Part shown: piece after piece, positions 19,201 through 26,472 of the stretch
Layout of the letters: every line of letters starts with the position of its first letter
How positions within the stretch are numbered: the first letter of the stretch is position 1
From: Victivallaceae bacterium
Lineage (GTDB): Bacteria > Verrucomicrobiota > Lentisphaeria > Victivallales > Victivallaceae
Reading direction: 5' to 3'
NCBI GenBank assembly: GCA_045585955.1
Contig: JAZMZK010000018.1
Span: forward strand, 25,450 to 89,449
DNA length: 64,000 bases
The notes under the pieces: generated by a model
Seen by the model: the letters and a program-made list of their open reading frames with translations, nothing else
Database searches by the model: none
What the model was told of the DNA's origin: nothing
Position numbers and translations under genes: made by a program

Positions 19201-19352
19201 GTAGCAAAGGGAGGCCCATCGTAAAAAACATATTCTTCGCAATTTTCACGCTGTTTGAGCGACTTGGCAAAACTGCCGTTCTCCTGCCAGAAATTAAGGA
19301 CTTCTTCCTCCAATTTCGGCAGCGACACCTGATTGTCAACTGGTTTGAACAT
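16233..19352 (-). CDS. ileS: Isoleucine--tRNA ligase, type 2
   Basis: It has the HIGH-region PPFATGMPHYGHLL, the KMSKR loop GQKMSKRLKNYP, and the 1039-aa length and architecture of eukaryote-like type-2 IleS. Confidence 0.97.
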   Translation of the reverse strand: MFKPVDNQVSLPKLEEEVLNFWQENGSFAKSLKQRENCEEYVFYDGPPFATGMPHYGHLLAGTIKDVVPRYQTMRGKFVRRTFGWDCHGLPVENEMEKILALNNKKAIEEYGIDKFNEACRSIVLRYTNEWERVVNRMGRWVDFRNGYRTMDRDYMESIWWVFKSLWDKGMIYEGYKILPYCPRCATPLSNFEANQGYMEVVDPAITIRFKSLEEENTYFVAWTTTPWTLPSNLALAVGPEIDYVKIKDGDEFYIMAEARLGAYYKNDMPEIVERYKGSDLAGKTYEPLFNYFADLRKDGAFQVLAAAYVSTEDGSGIVHIAPGFGEDDAAVCHAAGLPEVCPIDDQCCFTAEVPDYQGRYVKEVDNEVIARLKAEGKLIHRGTIKHNYPHCWRDDHPLIYRAISTWFVKIDEVKAKMIKANKEISWFPEHLKEGRFGKWLENARDWAISRNRYWGTPLPIWRNEEGEVICVGSAAELEELTGQKVDDLHKHFIDKLEIPSPTGKSPLKRIPEVLDCWFESGSMPYAQQHYPFENKEHFEANYPADFIAEGLDQTRGWFYTLVVLGAALFDKPAFKHVVVNGLILAENGQKMSKRLKNYPDPMDVVNKYGADALRLFMLGSQVVHAEDLKFSENGIKDVLRNVMIPMWNAYSFFVTYANVDGYEAKDGVKLPQNLSNALDRWIISSCTQMVEEITAEMDGYNLQRAANRFEKFVDDLTNWYIRRSRRRFWKSTDDGDKQEAYATLHYVLIEFCKAAAPFIPFTTEAIYNNLRTADMPESVHCCDYPVADAACRDEALERQMFLTMTAVKLGRFLRTQHNLKVRQPLSRAVLLAPDAEGAKLLNGTLDIIGEELNVKNIEFSDNEDALVTRSAKANFKVMGKKLGKNMKEAAALVEKLDSVTIGKILAGEAYNITLADGTVFAMAAEDLLVQRSEKAGLVVATENGVTIALDTALTAELEAEGLAREIVSKVQNLRKESNLEVVDRIKLTVAGDENVVAAANSFADYIKNEVLAVEMTVVAGSGEVDLNGHKAALSLSKA

Positions 19353-19418
19353 TATAACTTAAAACTCCATTTTATAAGTTGTCAATATATTATTTATATA
19401 ATATAGCACCGAAAGCAC

Positions 19419-22400
19419 CTATTTGCCACTTGTTTTAAATAAAATAGTAAGTTTTGCGGGGTCGGAAAGCTCTTTTTGCAGATTTTCCAGCAAAACATAA
19501 CTTGCCGCATCCATATAAAAGGGTTTGATATCGGCTTTTTCCTTGAAAATCAAAGTGTTGTCCGGTGTTATTTCGCAAGTTCTGCTGATACTTCCGGTAT
19601 TGCCCGGAAGAGAGCGTTCCACATCCGGAACAATAAGGTTGCAATCCTTCCAATCCTTCAGAAGAGTTACTTCACACTCCAAAGATTTTTTTTCAGCTGC
19701 AAGCCGCAGATAAGGCAGCGAGCGTTTCCCGGCAGTGCGGAATACATTTCCAAGGATCGTCGGCAATTTAAACGACACATATTTGCCGCTCGATTGCCAG
19801 AAATCCGGATGCTTGACTTGATATGAAATCATGCCGGGATACTTATCCAGCTCTTTTTTTACACTGACAAGTTCAGAACCCGCCAGAAAACCTGCCAGTT
19901 TCTGTTCCCAATACTGCCGCTCTTCTTCCGGATTTATGCGGTCAAAAAACTTTTTCATTCCGGCATGAGCTGTGCCGTAAAAGTATTCGCTTACAGTGAT
20001 TTCAGCGGCATTTCCAGCAAGAGCTTTTATCTGCAAAAACTGCCGGTTTTCTGCGGCATAGCCGGGAGAACTTTCTATGGTTATCAGTTCACCATTATTC
20101 AAATCCAATCCTAAAGCATTCTCATGCTTACAACTGCCCATTTCCGCATATTCGTTGGAATCATTCAAATAAAACTCTTCGCCGTCAAGATCGACCCGCA
20201 GCAGCACACTGTCAAACACATTTTGCGGCAACAGAGTGTAGAGTCTGCGGAAAACCTCCAGATCCGGCACGCCGGATGCCAATACAACGGATATATTTTC
20301 TATTTTTGCCGCTTTAAGCAATGTGTAAAGCAATACCGCACGGTCAATGCTGTTGCCGTAACCGTCACGCAATGTTGTATCAGCCGGGGTAATATATTTA
20401 CAACCAAGCCTATCAACTTCCATACCGGCACTGCGGATATTCTTTGCAACATAATCCCGGATCGCCCGCACTCTGGAGCGTAAAACAGGATATTTTTTTA
20501 TAAACATAGCAGATAATTCATCTATCTTTGCAGAAGTTTTTGCCGCCTTTTTAAAAGCCGCCAGCAACTCTTCAGAGTATCTTGCAGGATCAAACTCACT
20601 GATACCCGCCACCGGTGCAAAAAGCTCTATGGGAGGCACCGACGGTTCTTCTTTATACATGGGTATATCCTGCCCGGTAACAGTTACTGTTTTATAAGAG
20701 CCTCTTGTGCCCTGCTCTACGGTAAAACCGCTCTCCGGCAGCAAAAGTTTGAATTGCCGGGCAAGTCTGGCAGGGTAAGAATATTGAACTTTTACATTTT
20801 TTATCGGTAAAAATCCAGCCAGCGAAGTTAAAATAGAATTATCTCCGGCTGTTTTTGAAGTCAAACAACTGGTGTATTCAATTATACTGCCAACTTCCAC
20901 CCCCGGCAGCGGCAAAACAAGTTTTTTAACTGCGGGGTAACGGGGTGCAGCTGCCGAAACCGGGTCATCCATGACCTTTACAGTTTTAAGGTCAACGATC
21001 TTTACCTTGCCCGCAGGAGAAATAACCTTGACCGATACAAATTCAGCAGTGGTCAATCCTGTTACATAATCTAAAGTCAATTCAGAATATTTTTTGATAC
21101 CGCTGTAATTAAGCACTTGCAGTTTAACTGTATAGAGAGCTTTAAGTTCGCCGCGGCGGATAAACTCCACCTGACAATCTTTATTGAGCTTCACAGCATC
21201 AGCACCGCTTGCCGCCAAAGTTTTATCCGGGATTTTCCGCTCAGCAACGATTTTGCGTTTATCCGAAAAACTTATATTCTGCACCGCTTTAAGAAAATTG
21301 GCATAATCTTCAGTTGCCACTTCCACAGCATTGAGTTTCACATGCCGTTTACCGGTTACGACCCGGTCTTTTGCAGCAATATCAAAATCCACCGTCAATG
21401 CCGGCTCTTTGACTTTTTTATAGACCGGCAGGGCCGCAACGCTCAAATCCTCCGGCAAAGTTATAACACAATCTTCCACAACTCCGGCTGTGGATTCAAA
21501 ACGCATGGGATATTTGCGGCTTTTTAACAGCGAATCCCCTACCATAAAGTTAAAAAAACCGAACCCCCGCCCGATAAAGGGCATAGCGATCAAGCCGGTA
21601 TTCATTTTTATACTGGCAAAATCTTTTACCGAACACTCTATAACCAGCTCAAAAGGTCGGGCAAGATCACGAATATTTTCCGGCAGGACTTTTACATTTT
21701 TGATTTCTGCCCCCGGAAGAACCCGTTTCATTGCCGACGCGATAAACTGCTCCCGGTAAGCCGGAGTCCAGCGGGCAAAGGCAGAACGGTAAACATTATC
21801 GTTTATCCCTTCAAACAAAAGTGTGCTTTTCAGGTGCAAAGTCTGTTCGTTATCAATAACGCCGGTGGACTTGATCCGCAAAAGATTTTTTTCAGCCGGA
21901 ACAACCGAAGTTTTACGCAGTATATCGCCGGATTTGGTGGCACACAAAAAGCTCTTATCCATAGCGTATGCCGGAAGCATGTCTACTGAGTTTTCGTCGG
22001 TGGGATCCATTAAAATCAATTCGCCGGAAGAAGTCTTAACTCCGGTAATGGCGTGGTTAAAGTAGTTATTAGGTACTTCAAAATCCTTCGGGTCGCCCGC
22101 CATGAACAATACCGGGAATGCGTCAAAACCAGCTTCCAGCAGCATAGCAGCAAGCAAGGCGGCTTTGTCCCGGCAAACCCCATGTTTCTGGGCAAAAGTA
22201 TCTTTTACATCATGGGGTTCATAGCCGGGAGCGGTATTTTCGTTGGTAACACCGGTATAGCGGATCTCCTTGGAAACAAAATCAAACATGGCACGGATGG
22301 CAGCTTTTTCGTTTTTTCCAGCCGCCAGACTTCTGGCTTTGCGAGTCAATTCCGGCGAAACTGCTTTTATGTGCGGCATACACAAATTATAGTACCAGCG

Positions 22401-23222
22401 GGAAACTGTTTGCCAATCCGGCACGGTGCTTGCCAATATTCGCATAGAATGCAGATACCACGGCGGCATATCCGGTTCGGGAAATACTTGCGGAACATTA
22501 TTGGCTTCAAAAGTATAGATGATTCTGCCGTTGACCTTTTTCACACTTTTTTTCAGAGCACCTTTGACTTCATTTTTAACAGCGATTTTAGTCAGCGGAG
22601 TATTTTCGGGTGCAGAGATAGTGTAGGAGTAATGCAGTATAGGGTCAGGATTTTGCAGCATAGTTATCGTGCACCACACATTTTGCATGCGGGGGCGGAT
22701 CGTTTCTTCCTTAAAAATATAATGCACAATATCGCCCACTTCCAAGCCGGGAATGCCAACAGCGAGCACTTTGTTGGCTGGGTCATAAATATTGCTTTGC
22801 ATCTGGGAGCTTTCAACAGAGATTTTTTTCTGCAAAATTGGCTTGACCACTTTGCCGTCAGGCTTGATGATCTCGATCTCAACCGACGGTGTTTTTTCGT
22901 AAAATTCGTTAAAATGCAAGGCAATGGTGCGGTTATCATCCCGCCCTTTTTCGGTACAGATCAAAGTAAAGTATTCATCGCTTCGTGTGTAAGTGCCGTC
23001 GGGATTATAAACGACTTTATCAATATCATCCAGCAATATGGTATTGGCGTTGGGGTATTTTTTCAAATCCAGATCCCGCCACTTTGCGGCAGGATCAACA
23101 ACAGTTGTTTTAACTGTTGCATCAGTTGAAGCGGATCGTTCCGCAATTTTTGAAACAGTCGAACACCCGCAGAAAACCAGCAGCGGCAGCAGAAAACAGA
23201 TCAATAAATGTTTTTTATACAT
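19419..23222 (-). CDS. Large lipoprotein with DUF3857-like and transglutaminase-like domains
   Basis: The ATG at 23222 has a GGAG RBS. The lipobox is LLVFCGCS. A transglutaminase core Cys motif (HGVCRDKAALLAAMLLEAGFDA) is present. The architecture looks bipartite and repeated. Confidence 0.8.
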   Translation of the reverse strand: MYKKHLLICFLLPLLVFCGCSTVSKIAERSASTDATVKTTVVDPAAKWRDLDLKKYPNANTILLDDIDKVVYNPDGTYTRSDEYFTLICTEKGRDDNRTIALHFNEFYEKTPSVEIEIIKPDGKVVKPILQKKISVESSQMQSNIYDPANKVLAVGIPGLEVGDIVHYIFKEETIRPRMQNVWCTITMLQNPDPILHYSYTISAPENTPLTKIAVKNEVKGALKKSVKKVNGRIIYTFEANNVPQVFPEPDMPPWYLHSMRILASTVPDWQTVSRWYYNLCMPHIKAVSPELTRKARSLAAGKNEKAAIRAMFDFVSKEIRYTGVTNENTAPGYEPHDVKDTFAQKHGVCRDKAALLAAMLLEAGFDAFPVLFMAGDPKDFEVPNNYFNHAITGVKTSSGELILMDPTDENSVDMLPAYAMDKSFLCATKSGDILRKTSVVPAEKNLLRIKSTGVIDNEQTLHLKSTLLFEGINDNVYRSAFARWTPAYREQFIASAMKRVLPGAEIKNVKVLPENIRDLARPFELVIECSVKDFASIKMNTGLIAMPFIGRGFGFFNFMVGDSLLKSRKYPMRFESTAGVVEDCVITLPEDLSVAALPVYKKVKEPALTVDFDIAAKDRVVTGKRHVKLNAVEVATEDYANFLKAVQNISFSDKRKIVAERKIPDKTLAASGADAVKLNKDCQVEFIRRGELKALYTVKLQVLNYSGIKKYSELTLDYVTGLTTAEFVSVKVISPAGKVKIVDLKTVKVMDDPVSAAAPRYPAVKKLVLPLPGVEVGSIIEYTSCLTSKTAGDNSILTSLAGFLPIKNVKVQYSYPARLARQFKLLLPESGFTVEQGTRGSYKTVTVTGQDIPMYKEEPSVPPIELFAPVAGISEFDPARYSEELLAAFKKAAKTSAKIDELSAMFIKKYPVLRSRVRAIRDYVAKNIRSAGMEVDRLGCKYITPADTTLRDGYGNSIDRAVLLYTLLKAAKIENISVVLASGVPDLEVFRRLYTLLPQNVFDSVLLRVDLDGEEFYLNDSNEYAEMGSCKHENALGLDLNNGELITIESSPGYAAENRQFLQIKALAGNAAEITVSEYFYGTAHAGMKKFFDRINPEEERQYWEQKLAGFLAGSELVSVKKELDKYPGMISYQVKHPDFWQSSGKYVSFKLPTILGNVFRTAGKRSLPYLRLAAEKKSLECEVTLLKDWKDCNLIVPDVERSLPGNTGSISRTCEITPDNTLIFKEKADIKPFYMDAASYVLLENLQKELSDPAKLTILFKTSGK

Positions 23223-23410
23223 TATAAACTCCACTTGTCAAACAAATACACTATTAAAATTTAACCCGGTTTAGAGAAAATAAAAGTTTTTTTGCAAAAA
23301 TCTTCATCTTTTATTTGAAAAAAACGCTAATTGAGTTAAATTATACAGATATGAAGAGTAAATACATTTGTATTAAACAACAATAATTTAACAAATAAGG
23401 TTGGTTCATC

Positions 23411-23521
23411 ATGGGTCAGCAACACAACAAGATCATCAAACGCCGTCGCCGCAAGGCCTACCTCGCCCGCTGCAAAGCCCGCGTGGCTGCTCTTATCAAG
23501 AGCGGAGCAAAGCGCAAGTAA
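23411..23521 (+). CDS. Unannotated small ORF encoding a 36-aa highly basic peptide
   Basis: An ATG-to-TAA ORF (MGQQHNKIIKRRRRKAYLARCKARVAALIKSGAKRK) with 14 of 36 residues K/R. AAGG lies ~10 nt upstream. Its own hairpin terminator follows at 23563-23597. It was missed by the ORF track size cut-off. Confidence 0.45.
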   Translation: MGQQHNKIIKRRRRKAYLARCKARVAALIKSGAKRK

Positions 23522-23562
23522 TTGCTGCGTTTGATTGCCGGTTTATTGAGCCGGTGTGCTTG

Positions 23563-23597
23563 AGCCCGTCCGTAAAAGCGGTCGGGCTTTTGTATTT
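23563..23597 (+). terminator. Rho-independent terminator after the sORF
   Basis: agcccgtccg (23563-23572) pairs with cggtcgggct (23579-23588) with one mismatch, followed by tttgtatttt. Confidence 0.6.
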
Positions 23598-23613
23598 TAA
23601 GGCAAATAAAAAT

Positions 23614-24321
23614 ATGCAGTTATTCCGGAAAATACTCAATTATATCTGGGAGTTCCCCTGCCCGTTGTGCGATTGCGACAATCCGGCAAATCACGACTTC
23701 AACACATTCTGCCCGGATTGTCTGAAAGAAATCCCCCTGTTGAGCGGAAAGCGTTGTCCGGGCTGCGGCGGCGAACTTGATGGCGTTTTGGAACAGTGCC
23801 GCCAGTGTTTATCCATGCCGCCAAGACCGTGGAGCAAAGCAGTCAGCGTTATGCAGATGGAAGGCTTGGGCGAAAAAGTTATATACCAGCTGAAGTTTTC
23901 CGGCAATACCGCTATGGCAAGAGCGATCGCCGAATTGGCTTATCCGCTTTTGAATAATCCGGAATTTATGGAATGTGATATGATAGTGCCGGTGCCGCTG
24001 TATTGGAAAAGATTTCTGCAAAGAGGCTATAATCAATCCGAAGTGCTGGCAAAAATGCTTGCCCGCTACATGAATATACCGGTAAAAACTCCTGTAAAAC
24101 GCATCCGGCATACTACCAGGCAAGCCACTTTAAGCCGGGAAGAACGATTGAAAAATCTCAAAGGAGCCTTTGCCGTACCCAAACCTGAAAAAGTGGCTGG
24201 TAAAACGATATTGCTGATCGACGATGTTTTAACGACCGGCTCGACCTTGCACGCTTGCGCCGAAGCATTGCGCAAAGCCGGGGTCAAAGATATAAAAGTT
24301 TTTACGGTCGCCCGGCGTTAG
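23614..24321 (+). CDS. comF: ComF-family phosphoribosyltransferase-like protein
   Basis: The start was set at the ATG at 23614 (MQLFRKIL). It has N-terminal Cys4 zinc-finger motifs (CPLCDC...CPDC, CPGCGG...CRQC) and the C-terminal PRTase motif ILLIDDVLTTGSTL. Confidence 0.85.
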   Translation: MQLFRKILNYIWEFPCPLCDCDNPANHDFNTFCPDCLKEIPLLSGKRCPGCGGELDGVLEQCRQCLSMPPRPWSKAVSVMQMEGLGEKVIYQLKFSGNTAMARAIAELAYPLLNNPEFMECDMIVPVPLYWKRFLQRGYNQSEVLAKMLARYMNIPVKTPVKRIRHTTRQATLSREERLKNLKGAFAVPKPEKVAGKTILLIDDVLTTGSTLHACAEALRKAGVKDIKVFTVARR

Positions 24322-24892
24322 ATTTTATGCCTTCCGGAACTTTTACTTCAATATTTTTCCGCAAATAAACTCTTTTACCGCTGTCATTTATAAAGTATCT
24401 GCCGCCGCGGGGACCGGAATAAACGATTTTACCGTCAGCAGTTTTTCCGACAATATTTCCGGAGTTTACAGTGGCAGTTTTATCATTGAATATTTTCAAG
24501 AGCTGCTGGCGGTTGAAAGTAGCCTGATACTTTTTGGGCAAATCCTTAAAAGCGACCACCGCAGTACCGGAATCATGTTTGATCGTTAGAGATTTATTGC
24601 CCATAACTTTAACAGAAGTATTTTTAAAGGTTCTGCCGTCAGCCAGAGTCAGATCACCCCCTTTGCGCAAAGCCCCACGCTGACGGGAATTCAAGGCGGC
24701 AATAAAATTTTCCGGCAGATCATTCAAAGCGATTTTGGCTTCACCTTTTTCATAAGCTATATAAACAAAACCGGCAGCACATTTTTTAACTTCAGTTTGA
24801 GCATAAACAGAGCCATTTTCCAAGGTCAAATCAGCAGCAGAGAAAGCTGATGAAAAAAGTGTAAAAACAAGTATAAAAAATATTTTATTCAT
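24302..24892 (-). CDS. Secreted hypothetical protein
   Basis: The ATG at 24892 gives a signal peptide MNKIFFILVFTLFSSAFSA. Its 3' end overlaps the comF 3' end by 20 nt (convergent). No family was recognised. Confidence 0.55.
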   Translation of the reverse strand: MNKIFFILVFTLFSSAFSAADLTLENGSVYAQTEVKKCAAGFVYIAYEKGEAKIALNDLPENFIAALNSRQRGALRKGGDLTLADGRTFKNTSVKVMGNKSLTIKHDSGTAVVAFKDLPKKYQATFNRQQLLKIFNDKTATVNSGNIVGKTADGKIVYSGPRGGRYFINDSGKRVYLRKNIEVKVPEGIKSNAGRP

Positions 24893-25053
24893 AAAAAACA
24901 CCCAATCCCATAAAAAGTGTAAGTTAAAGATAGTACCGGAAGAGCAATTTTGCAATTTTTTCGGTAAGATTAAGTAAAAAAAATCTGAAAAACGATTTGC
25001 TTTTTTCTAAAACAAGTATATATTAAGTAGCATTGAGGATGATCAATTCATGC

Positions 25054-25128
25054 TCCGGCATAGCTCAGCGGTAGAGTAGGTGGCTGTTAACCACTTGGTC
25101 CCTGGTTCGAATCCAGGTGCCGGAGCCA
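25054..25128 (+). tRNA. tRNA-Asn (anticodon GTT), CCA encoded
   Basis: The cloverleaf was folded by hand. Acceptor stem is tccggca/tgccgga, anticodon loop is ctGTTaa, the T-arm is cctgg-ttcgaat-ccagg, the discriminator is G, followed by CCA. Confidence 0.93.
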
Positions 25129-25138
25129 TTTTTTTGCC
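25113..25138 (+). repeat. Direct repeat copy 1 (tRNA-Asn 3' end plus flank), att-like
   Basis: ccaggtgccggagccatttttttgcc recurs at 25303-25327 with one T fewer. Confidence 0.85.
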
Positions 25139-25182
25139 CAAATTTTATTTGAGGCAAAAAATGGATCGGTAAAGCTGGATTT

Positions 25183-25212
25183 GCGGAAATGAAAACATTT
25201 CCGCATTTTTTG
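25183..25212 (+). terminator. Rho-independent terminator-like hairpin inside the 175-bp insert
   Basis: gcggaaatg pairs with catttccgc (9-bp stem, aaaa loop) and is followed by attttttg. Confidence 0.55.
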
Positions 25213-25302
25213 TGTCAACAAAAAACGAACCAAACCCGGAGGGTGGTTCGACCCCGAAGGGGAGCCTGAGCATTTCTGCAAAGCAGAAAGCGGAAGGCAA
25301 TA

Positions 25303-25327
25303 CCAGGTGCCGGAGCCATTTTTTGCC
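25303..25327 (+). repeat. Direct repeat copy 2 (partial tRNA-Asn 3' end), att-like
   Basis: It is identical to 25113-25138 apart from the T-run length. It is followed by a ttttgcc/ggcaaaa hairpin like the one after the intact tRNA. Confidence 0.85.
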
Positions 25328-25522
25328 TTGAAAAGGCAAAAAAAACATGAAGCCTGCTTGTCACGGCGTAGCCCGTAAGGCGAAGACGGATAAAGGCTTC
25401 GCTTCGTACCGCGCCAGCGGTGCTTCATACATTGCAGCAACGCTGCAATGTGCTTCATGCGGCGACAGCCGTGCTTCATTTTCCCTCCAGCCTTTACAGA
25501 TGAAGCAACTGCGTTATGAAGC
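25327..25522 (+). repeat. Long direct repeat, copy A (left flank of the R-M island)
   Basis: About 90% identical by eye to 31039-31197, apart from a 34-nt insertion (cttgtcacggcgtagcccgtaaggcgaagacgga) and a few indels. It contains multiple GCTTCAT/ATGAAGC motifs and a 9-bp hairpin (cattgcagc-aac-gctgcaatg). Confidence 0.85.
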
Positions 25523-26099
25523 TACTTGTAAATAGTGTTCTATTGTACGAATTAAATGATGGTGCCGTAGCATTGTTTGTTGTATCTATTGCAAGAAATT
25601 GAAGTGGTCTCCGAATTATTTGATAGGGATTGTTTGCAAATGTCATCCATGTAAGTGCATAATACTCATACGGAATTTTCTTTTCCGAAATGGATTGTTC
25701 CATGCCCATTCCCAACAATTCATCGTATTTACCCTCGAATCTAATACCGAACTTCTCGTCTTGCTTTTTTAATGTACCATACACCTCTCCATAGAAGTAA
25801 TCAGCATTTTTGCTTTTACGATCAAGCTCCAACTCAATTTCTATCAATATTCGTGGCAAGGTCTTAATGCTAGGGTTGGCTTCAAACGCCTCAACCATTT
25901 GGGTATTGAACAAATCACGCAACACAGATTTATTTGCAAGCCGATACTGTTGGTTTAGTACCGTCTTTATTGCATCTAAAATGGTACTTTTTCCAGCTTC
26001 GTTCTCGCCAACAAGAATATTCATATGCTCGTTAAATTCTACATCAAGGTGCTGAAACTTTTTGAATCCCTCAATATGTAGAGATTTAATATGATTCAT
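25494..26099 (-). pseudogene. Truncated AAA/ABC-type ATPase (OLD/RecF-like N-terminal domain)
   Basis: It has an N-terminal Walker A (LVGENEAGKSTILDAI) in the typical MNHIKSLHIEGFKKF context of OLD-family/SMC-like defence ATPases. Only 201 aa remain. The last ~10 codons read into repeat A, so the native C-terminus is missing. Confidence 0.6.
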
Positions 26100-26168
26100 T
26101 CAATTACCTCTTTCAATTTAGATTACGGTTGAAATTTTTCGAGAACAAAGATTTCTCGTTGTATAAAA

Positions 26169-26459
26169 TTATCTTCTACGAGCTTCCGAACGTATCAAAT
26201 CGCAAAATTCTTTACAGTTGATTCTCCCATAAATGCCAGTTTTTCCTGCCGTCATGTTTCGTATTAAACATTCTGGAACTCCTGCCTCATGCTTGAAATG
26301 TATACGATCCTCCGGTCCCCACGCACCTTGATTTTGATTATCTTCATGAATGTTGAAATTAACATTGTCAGAGCTCAGGATATACTCAATAGCAAAACGA
26401 AGTTCTTCTTCAGAATCAAAACGTACCTGTCCTTTTTTCCCAAATACTAATTTACACAT
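26169..26459 (-). CDS. Hypothetical 96-aa protein in the R-M island
   Basis: An ATG-started ORF between the nuclease and the ATPase fragment, co-directional and 13 nt from the upstream gene stop. No family was recognised. Confidence 0.5.
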   Translation of the reverse strand: MCKLVFGKKGQVRFDSEEELRFAIEYILSSDNVNFNIHEDNQNQGAWGPEDRIHFKHEAGVPECLIRNMTAGKTGIYGRINCKEFCDLIRSEARRR

Positions 26460-26472
26460 CTTATCTCCTTAA

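Noticed and set aside
16185-19406. A 1073-aa stop-free ORF on the plus strand covering the whole ileS locus
   Set aside because: It is antisense to a gene with unmistakable IleS motifs (HYGH, KMSKR). Its product is low-complexity (rich in F/G/H/V/Q) with no recognisable domain. The same artefact appears opposite most genes here and follows from host codon bias that avoids TTA/CTA/TCA.
23401-23613. The TTG-started N-terminal 71-aa extension of comF given in the ORF track
   Set aside because: It would read through a rho-independent terminator (23563-23597). The ComF homology starts at the ATG at 23614. The region is better explained by the separate 36-aa sORF in another frame.
25215-25302. A GGTTCGAcccc segment that looked like a tRNA T-arm (possible second tRNA or tmRNA-like gene)
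   Set aside because: I could not build an acceptor stem or anticodon arm around it. Only the terminal 16 nt match tRNA-Asn, consistent with an att duplication rather than a gene.
25087-25535. ORFs of 60-130 aa overlapping the tRNA and repeat A (25087-25479 minus, 25145-25348 minus, 25347-25535 plus)
   Set aside because: They overlap a tRNA gene, a duplicated att-like segment and a non-coding repeat. The equivalent ORFs in repeat B are in different frames because of indels, so there is no coding conservation.
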